Source: Trichoplax sp. H2 (taxonomy: Eukaryota). From it: a stretch of 64,000 nucleotides of DNA. Location: positions 868,001-932,000 of the forward strand of contig NOWV01000012.1 in NCBI GenBank assembly GCA_003344405.1, read 5' to 3'. A program made the position numbers and the translations under genes. The notes under the pieces are model-generated. The model searched no databases and was not told where the DNA came from. It was given only the letters and a program-made list of their open reading frames with translations. Shown piece after piece: positions 54,806-64,000 of the stretch (the first letter of the stretch is position 1; the number at the start of each line of letters is the position of its first letter).

Positions 54806-57140
54806 CTACAGTATCGTACAACAGCCTCCTTCGTCGGTTTTCCCTTGGACTTTACCTAGAAGTAATATATAATGCGTGAGAATCCCAACACTAAATCAAT
54901 TGACTTTTTGTACTTTCCAATTATTACAGGGCAGGTTATAAACAGATTACGAGTCGATACAGTTAGTTTTTCTAACATATGGAGTACGCCAGAATTGATT
55001 AACTGATTAAGTCACGTATTCTATCGCAAATGCTACCATCTACTGTAGCATGTTAAAATTGGATTTATACCTTGTGATGAAGGCTCTGGAATGTTTTCCC
55101 TCGCAACTAGATGCATAACAGTTGTTTTACCTGCCGGCAACCTCATTGCTGGATACCGTAAATAGGAAATGAACAATTTGAGTACGCATCGATTAATTGT
55201 AGAAACTTTACTGTTCAGCGAAAAACACATGTACTGTACAGTATTATAACTATGGAATGGCTATAAATGCATATAGGGGAAAAACTTTTTTTTAATACTT
55301 AGATAACATCAATTACATAATTATCAGCTAGTGCTATTACCAAGCGATAAATGCCTGCTAGTACGGTAATAGTTATCAGAGTTGGATATAGTACGATTAA
55401 GTACAAAGTTAATTATTTGTAATCCAGCTACTTTGAATAATAATATTTGTCCTATTGATTACCATGTTATTAACGTTTCTACACGACCGAAGTTACTTAC
55501 AACTTAATATTGATTCGTTTTGCAGAAATCTGCCTTGATAGATCAATCGTAACTTGCTGGAATTGTCGACAGCTTCGTCTTCCCATTCTATAAATATAAT
55601 TTATTTTTAAGTTAACGACCAACGGCAAGAGTTATAATCATGTTAGCTATAGTAGACAATGGAGATTACAGACTGTATTACAGTAATTTATCCTCTATGG
55701 TCTTGTTAGCAAGGAGTTACTTGGTTGAAAGACCGTAATATTACTGAGCATTTGTAGAACATTACTCCAAAAATTGGTATTATCCACTGTTAAGCGGGCA
55801 TACAAAAACTATTGAATAAATTGGTTTGAACCATGTTGGTGCTTTTTTTCAATATCTAATTGTAGAGTCTAATATCTTCGTGGAGAAGGCTGCAGTGTGC
55901 AGTACAGTATAATATGTTCATCTTATCTGTTTACCATCTAAATACTGTACCTTATCCTATGAGTTATCATGTTTTTACGTGCTACTACGGAGATTTTGAC
56001 TAGTTTCACTATTGTAGGTATTTATTGAGGATTTTTACCTGGTGGCCAATTATTGAAAACGTGCTGTGTTATGTCTCCAGCAGCAGTTTCCGGAAGAAAT
56101 AAGAATTCGTGCGTTTTACCGGTCACCAAAATTAATTTTAGGTTTATCTGTTAAGAATAGAGAGGTATAAGAAAAGCAAGAATCAAATTTGATATTCAAA
56201 AGAATGGCAGTACGCTTCTGACTTTGTTAAAATTTTTTCTATCTATAAGAAAATGCATCAGCAGAGTGATTGCAAAGTCAGTACGAATATTCGATTGCGT
56301 AGTAATATTAAAGATTTCCATGAATAGCCTGATCAGATTTCAACTATTCCAATTTCATTTTAAAACTAGGTTATAGCATCAAGCGGAAAAGGCTACACCT
56401 CTATACAGAATAGGGTTAATATTATACAGTAAGTACATTCAGTGCTCCATGAGCAATGGATTATGTACTGTGTCTAAGATTTGGGCTTAAGTTAGCATTT
56501 GTAATTTGTGGAGTTTATTGGTTATAAACTCTTTGGACAAGGAGGATATTGCTTGATACAACGCATGGAGATTTTTTATCTCTATTAAATAAGACTTGGA
56601 TAATTAACGCTTCGTCAGTCCAACCAAATGATCAATTCTTATGATTGATCGTAACATAATGTTGGTTAATATACAGTAATAGCAGTTTATCAGAATGATC
56701 CATTCAGCCCACTGTGCAGCGTGTACAGTATACGTGGTTAGTAACATGGTCAACCATCGAGGGTAGAAAGTTAAAATGAACTGTGCACCAAACAAGGTAG
56801 ACCAACTTTGCTTGGTGGTATTTGTTTTGCAATGTAGAGCCAAAACATTGAATACCATCTAGTACAAAAGTGGCAAGATAGTAACCGGTGTTTTTACCAC
56901 TACTTTTAAAAAATACTGTACGTATTTATCATGATCAGGATGATGTTATTTTGGCTGGAATTGAATGAGTGGAAAGTTGGTTTTACTGATGATCGGTATA
57001 GCAGTTTGTTGGTTTTCAATTCACTCTTTCATCTTGTCTATATAGTATTTTTAATATTAAATACGACAGGACTTTGTTGGGTGGTCTGATGTTTTAAAAA
57101 GGCAATGTCCGCATACCTCCTGTACGGTATTCGAATTCAT
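54806..57140 (-). CDS. UBL3: Ubiquitin-like protein 3 (membrane-anchored ubiquitin fold), 5 exons, 115 aa
   Basis: Exons 57140-57117, 56147-56039, 55587-55501, 55148-55071, 54855-54806 splice in phase (348 nt): MNSNTVQE-INLKLILVTGKTHEFLF..NNWP-EWEDE..LRLIYQGRFL..-MRLPAGKTTVMHLVARE..PEPSSQG-..GGCCTIL stop. Confidence 0.95.
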
Positions 57141-60100
57141 TTATGATCTTGCTGTACTGTATTGAACGTACATTCGATCAAGGCCAGAGGCATGTTGATT
57201 ATCAATTGGATGAATTTACGACTTTAGGAAAGAGTACGCCAATAGTTTTGATGATGATTGCCCTGGTTAACCAGGGTCGTCTACACTTCTTCGATCGTTA
57301 TTTGTTAAGAATTTTTTTTTATTGCCTACAAGAAGTGATGCTCGATGAAACATTTCATCTAGTAAATAGGAATGTACGTGTGTGCGATCTAGCGCAGAGT
57401 GTGATAGCGTCTGGGGTTTTGAACATTGCACTGTCATAATGCTTGTCAAAGCAGGGTTTTTACTTAGATAGTAGAGTCCAACTCTACTAAATCATGGCCA
57501 TAGTACTGGCATGGATTAGTCATTTATTAGTAATCCACACTACAGTATAGGTGTATCCATTAGCTGATCAACTTTCTCGTTGTTAACATAATGTAGTACT
57601 GTATTCAAGTCATGACCGGGTAACAATGTAGGAATTTATAAATTAAATGAGAGAGATTATATATTCTAAAGAGTAAATACATCTACAGTACAGTAGTCGA
57701 TCGTAGTCGGGCAATCTGTCCATGGTAAATAGATTCCATCCAAATGGATCTCATTGACAGAGTCTTGTAGGTTAGCGTGATCTCATTGGAGGCTTGAAAA
57801 CGAAGTAGGTTTTATTAGAATGTGTATTTATTTTGGGTTATGGCAAAAAGAAAGTCCAGTCCAGTCGATGGTAATCCAATAATGAAAGGCATGAAAACGA
57901 AATGAGATAAATAAAATTAATAAACAGTTGGTCCCGACAGGAAGTGTGGAAATGCGACACCCGACATCTCTTTAATGATGCATTTATTGACTGTATTATG
58001 AGTACTTGAGTGGTGGAACAGGGTATCCTTCATGTTGAGTAAGTGGATAACGAAAAGAGTATTGGACTGTTAGCGTCTTGGTCAATCTATATCCGCGTAG
58101 TTCCTCTTGAGTTAAGGTTGGCAGTCTTTGTTCAAGACATGATCAAGAATGAATTTTATCAAGTTGGTAGTCGACTACCACGGTAGAAAGGATCAGTCTT
58201 CCCGTCTATGCTGTCCTTTATTCCATACATGGATGTCTACTATTCATTTTACCCTGGACTCCATGCAGTACACTTTACAGTAGAAGCGGGGGGGACAAAG
58301 TGAATTTAACATGAAGTAGGAAGATTGTCTCATGTCAAGAAAAAAAGAAATTGACTTTTCTACCATCAAGCATACTCTAGTAGTTGGTGGTTTTTTACGT
58401 TTGTTGCAAAAGAAATAACTGCAAATAGCTAGGAATCAATCGATCGATCAAAGCGATGGATTTTTTTTTGTTATTGAAGGGATCATTTGATGGACTGTTG
58501 AAAGATGCAACAGTCTTGGTGGTTGCATTTTCTACTACTCGTAGAGTAGTGCCAGCGATGAACACGCCAAAAAATGATACTGGTCGGATAGACCGGTGTA
58601 TCGAGCGTTGATTCAGTATGTTAAATTGTTAATATTGTCGGGCGATTAAATGGATCTTTATTATCGGCCATCGACTAAAAATAGCCAAGGACGTATTTTA
58701 TGAATGGCTACAAAATTGCAAAAGGTAGACAGTACTTGTTGATGATGTTGGCAGCCTGGCACGGGATAGTCACTGTATTGCAGTAGTAGTAGTAGGATAC
58801 CTTGCAATTTCTGTTGTTATGAATAGAGTATGGCCATTTCCTTGTCTTGCATTGCAGTCCATTAGTATTGGCATATGCAACATGGCCTACTTGAGAACTC
58901 CATGTTGACGTTTACAAAACTGCATGAAAAGACAAGTGGTGAAAAGTGTGTATGGACTAGTAGGCTACACCCAACACTACAGTAAGATGGCTCAAATAAC
59001 AGCAGTACCGGTCAGCGTTGTTGCGATAGAATTGGATAGGACAAATTGGGGTAGAAAGGAAAAATACACCTTGACTGCAAAACCAAGTTCTACTCCAAAT
59101 TCATGGAACTAACAATACATGCATGACATGATATACTGGAAGGGATCAAAATGAAAAAGGATTGAAGGCAAAGAAATAAATCAAATGGTTTACCTTGTCC
59201 GGTGGGATCGTCGCAGGCATCACGGAATCGACCTTGGTGTCGAACGGCAGTTGAATGCAATGAACGACTTGCTGGGAAAAATAGCAGCAAAGCGGTGCTT
59301 CAAAGTATCCTTCAATTGATGTATTTGTTGTCGAAGAGTGTCAAGGCAGCAAGTGCGCCCGTACAACAGATTTTTAATGTTGTAATAACGTTTTAATTCC
59401 ACAAAATACTTGATTAAAACTGCTTTGAAAAAAAACCCAGCATAGAGATGAGTGACGATCAAGTCGAAAAGGATGGCAGGGTCGTCACTTGAAACAGTGT
59501 CCAGTCCAGTACAGTACTGTACTGGATGGAAAATACTGTACCATACAGTACAACAGACAAAGTACTGTAACACTACAGTACACCGTACTGTGCACTGTAC
59601 ACTTGTACAGTACGGTATCTGAACTGTCTGTCTATCGTTGTGCCGATACAGTACTACTGTGCACTATACTGTACACCATAGTACAGTGCTGTAAGAAAAT
59701 TCGCACTGACCTGAATTTTCTTACAGTGTACAGTACAGTAAGTACAGTGCAGGACAGTACTGTAGACTACTGTGTATTATACTGTACTGTACAGTGCAGT
59801 AGCTGACCTGTCTATCGTTGTGCCGATACAGTACTACTGTACACTATACTGTACACTATAGTACGGTGCTATAAGAAAATTCGCACTGACCTGAATTTTC
59901 TTACAGTGTACAGTACGTACAGTGCAAGACTGTACTGTAGACTACTGTGTACTGTACTCAATAGTGTACTGTACAGTACAGTAGCTGACCTGTCTATCGT
60001 TGTGCCGATACAGTACTACTGTACATTATACTGTACAGTATATTACAGTGCTGTAAGAAAATTCGCACCGACCTGAATTTTCTTACGGTGTACAGTACAG

Positions 60101-60233
60101 TACGTACAGTACAGTACCGTACTGTAAGCTACAGTGTATGATACTGTACTAGACGTGGTTCACAAGTACTGTACACTGTACACTGTACAGTACAATAAAG
60201 TAGCTGACCTGTCTATCATTGTGCCGATACAGT

Positions 60234-60253
60234 NNNNNNNNNNNNNNNNNNNN
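60234..60253. other. Assembly gap (20 N)
   Basis: Run of N. Confidence 1.
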
Positions 60254-61569
60254 GTTCACAAGTACTGTACACTGTACACTGTACAGTGCAGTAGCTGACC
60301 TGTCTATCGTTGTGCCGATACAGTACTACTGTGCACTATACTGTACACCATAGTACAGTGCTGAAAGAAAATTTGCACTGACTTGAATTTTCTTACAGTG
60401 TACAGTACTGTACTAGACGTGGTTCACAAGTACTGTACACTGTACACTGTACAGTGCAGTAGCTGACCTGTCTATCGTTGTGCCGATACAGTACTACAGA
60501 ACACTATACTGTACAGCATAGTACAGTGCTGAAAGAAAATTTGCACTGACCTGAATTTTCTTACAGTGTACAGTACTGTACTAGACGTGGTTCACAAGTA
60601 CTGTACACTGTACACTGTACAGTGCAGTAGCTGACCTGTCTATCGTTGTGCCGATACAGTACTACAGAACACTATACTGTACAGTATAGTACAGTGCTGT
60701 AAGAAAATTCGCACTGACCTGAATTTTCTTACAGTGTACAGTACGTACTGTGCAGGACCGTACTGTACTGTACTGTATGCAGTACTGTACTAGACGTGGT
60801 TCACAAGTACTGTACACTGTACACTGTACAGTACAGTAGCTGACCGGTCTATCGTTGTGCCGATACAGTACTACTGTACATTATACTGTACAGTATATTA
60901 CAGTGCTGTAAGAAAATTCGCACCGACCTGAATTTTCTTACGGTGTACAGTACGTACAGTACAGTACCGTACTGTAAGCTACAGTGTATGATACTGTACT
61001 AGACGTGGTTCACAAGTACTGTACACTGTACACTGTACAGTACAATAAAGTAGCTGACCTGTCTATCATTGTGCCGATACAGTACTACTGTACGCTATAC
61101 TGTACTGTACTGTATAGCACAGTGCTGTAAGAAAATTCGCACTGATCTGAATTTTCTTACAGTGTACAGTACGTACAGTACAGGACAGTACTGTACAGTA
61201 CTGTACTGTACACTGTACAGTACTAGACGTGGTTCACAAGTACTGTACAGTACTGTATTGTACTGTACCATTAATATTTGATGATTACAGTAATAAAGTA
61301 CTGTACTGTACTGTACTGTACTGTCTTAACGTCAACTGTAATTCAAGTGACATGGAATATCTTCATGACGTCATGCAGCATCTGGATCTTGGACTGACAG
61401 AGTGACAGTACGGTCCTCAAATGCTTCGCTGGTAGAACAACTGTACCAGTACACGACAGACCCTCTATGAACTACGGTGGCTGACAAGAGCCACCGTAAT
61501 GAACTGTATACTGTAGTCAGGTCTATACTGTACAGTGTACAGTACACAGCTCGATAGGTTACCATGGAA

Positions 61570-61589
61570 NNNNNNNNNNNNNNNNNNNN
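61570..61589. other. Assembly gap (20 N)
   Basis: Run of N. Confidence 1.
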
Positions 61590-62284
61590 GTACAGTACGT
61601 ACAGTACAGTACCGTACTGTAAGCTACAGTGTATGATACTGTACTAGACGTGGTTCACAAGTACTGTACACTGTACACTGTACAGTACAATAAAGTAGCT
61701 GACCTGTCTATCATTGTGCCGATACAGTCAGTGCTACTGTACTGTACGCTATACTGTACTGTACTGTATAGCACAGTGCTGTAAGAAAATTCGCACTGAT
61801 CTGAATTTTCTTACAGTGTACAGTACTAGACGTGGTTCACAAGTACAGTACTGTATTGTACCATTAATATTTGATGATTACAGTACAGTCTTAACGTCAA
61901 CTGTAATTCAAGTGACATGGAATATCTTCATGACGTCATGCAGCACCTGGATCTTGGACTGACAGAGTGACAGTACGGTCCTCAAATGCTTCGCTGGTAG
62001 AACAACTGTACCAGTACACGACAGACCCTGTATGAACTACGGTGGCTCACAAAGCCACCGTAATGAACTGTACAGTATACAGTACTGTAATCAGGTCTAT
62101 ACTGTACTGTACAGTACACAGCTCGATAGGTTACCATGGAACGGATCCAGACTCGTCCACACGGCGATCCATCATCAACATCAAATGCGAGATTCAACTT
62201 TGCAACACTGCAGCAAATGGAAATCATAATACTTCGAATCGACTAGCCTTTGATTCAAAGTATTCGTAATAAGTAGTCATCAAA

Positions 62285-63952
62285 ATGGATTGCAATGTGC
62301 AAAACAATGAAAGGATAAAGTTAAGCAAGGCACAGAAGAAAGCACTACGAAAACAGCAACGTGCCAAGCGAATCCTTGATCGACATAATGTTTTGAATGA
62401 GTTTAAAGTCAGTGATCAACCTTCTAGGCATTTACTCATCAGCAATGGAGGATTGGGTTGTGGTATAACTCGAACAATCTTAACATCGGTGTTTGGCCGA
62501 TATGGACAAATTACTAATATCATCATGTTACCTGATAAACCGTTCTCTGTCTTGTCTTATCAAACAGTAACCGATGCAAAGCAAGCATATGATAATATCC
62601 ATGCCATTGAATTGATCACCTTTTGTGATACCGATGTCAAGTACTTGGTAAAATCGGGTATTAAGGCGTTTATTCTCAATTACTTGGAAGATTATTTTTG
62701 CGAAACCAATAAAGACTCTAACTTAGGCTATCCTGAAGGATTGTTATTAATTCAAAATTATGTCAGTGAGCAAGAAGAAGATGAATTATTGCAAAGTATA
62801 GGTTGGTACACCAATCACGGTCAAGCTTCTCATGATACTCATCCGTGTCAAACCGTGCAATCCGATCGGGAATCAATGCAGCGACGCCTTAAGCATCGTC
62901 ATGTAAAACACTATGGCTACGAATTTCGATATGATACAAATACAGTGGATAAAGATAAACCCTTACATGCCACAATACCAAGTAAATGTAGATATATCTG
63001 TCAACGTATGACAGACGACGGTTATATCCAACATCAACCTGATCAACTAACAGTGAATGAATACATGCCTGGCCAAGGTATTTGCCAATAGCGATACTGT
63101 AGTTGTTTCGTTAAGTGGACAGCTGATAATAATAATATAATATACAATGATACAATAAATTTATGTATGTGCTGAGCAGGGATACCCCCTCATATTGATA
63201 CTCATTCTGCGTTCCAAGACCAGATCGTTTCACTATCGCTGCTGTCTCAGGTACCCATAATTAGGATATGTTCTAATTATTCTTCATAACCATATTATTT
63301 TACTTCCATTCACCAATTGACCATATTAGTAGAGTAGCCACTGACGTCCTCAATGATTACTGCAAAAATATTAGATTGTGATGGACTTTCGGCATCCGGA
63401 TGGAACTCGAATATCGATTAATTTGCCTAGACGCAGCCTATTGGTGATGTCAGGCGAATGTAGGTACTTATGGAGCCATGGGTAAGAAGAATTCCTTTGT
63501 TCATTTGATGATAGAAAGAGCCTTGCATCACATACTATTTCATACGATAATTCTACAAATTTCTCAAGCCTAAGCTGAAAATCAATAGGACACGTTCATG
63601 TAACATAATGCTGTTTGCTATTGGAAATATTGATTTAGAATTACACCTCGAAAATATGATGTGGTTTGTGATGACAATGACAACAATAGCAACATAACGT
63701 TATTGGAGAGATCCCGAAGGGTTTCGTTTACTTTTCGAAAAATTAGACATTCTCCTTGTAATTGTAGTAAGTAATGGGCTATTCGCTATATTCTATATTT
63801 CGACCTTTGATCTGTAGGGTTGTTAAGTATCTTCGAGAGTTATAAGTATAGTTTTTATTGGTACGTTATTTTCCAATATAATACTAACTTTGGACGTCAA
63901 TTACGATAGAGTATCCTAATTCGTGTGACACACAGCTAAATCTCCTTTCAAA
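62285..63952 (+). CDS. ALKBH8: ALKBH8 tRNA wobble-uridine modifying enzyme (RRM plus AlkB domain), continues past right edge
   Basis: Exons 62285-63077, 63180-63250, 63375-63481, 63639-63766, 63910-63952: [91 protein letters not shown]. Confidence 0.96.
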
Positions 63953-64000
63953 GTAAGTATACTACAATTTTAATTTTCATTCATTGCAATTTCAACTTAT

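Larger units (their letters stand above)
59500..62140. repeat. TACAG/CTGTA-rich satellite, ~180-210 bp unit, about 9 visible copies, spanning two gaps
   Basis: Recurring GCTGACCTGTCTATCGTTGTGCCGATACAG, CTGTAAGAAAATTCGCACTGACCTGAATTTTCTTACAG and CTAGACGTGGTTCACAAG. Confidence 0.95.

Noticed and set aside
57143-62269. Short ORFs upstream of UBL3 and YSTV/CTV-rich ORFs
   Set aside because: Products of TACAG repeats or probable UTR/antisense sequence with no domain signal; the same applies at 12305-12659 and 30408-32006.

Overview
AT-rich animal genomic DNA with short GT-AG introns and two 20-N gaps. Gene content and style resemble a compact early-branching metazoan such as the placozoan Trichoplax; this is an inference, not verified. 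Left to right: two tandem minus-strand MGAT4/GnT-IV N-glycan branching GlcNAc-transferases (one runs off the left edge, the other has a long stem and stops before the C-terminal lectin domain); a 22-23 bp A-tract satellite; a class A GPCR cluster (one frameshifted, one intact with atypical motifs, two or three decayed relics); a NIPA Mg2+ transporter; several minisatellites; a divergent single-ORF Myc-like bHLH-ZIP gene; Rab9; UBL3 (five exons, only partly in the ORF track); a hairpin-bearing TACAG/CTGTA satellite; and the 5' part of ALKBH8. Best leads: the divergent Myc-like gene, the lectin-less MGAT4 paralog, GPCR birth-and-death with a shared NPxxH motif, and TACAG-rich arrays at gene 5' ends. 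No CRISPR, tRNA, rRNA or autonomous transposon was recognised. All exon models and alignments were made by eye.
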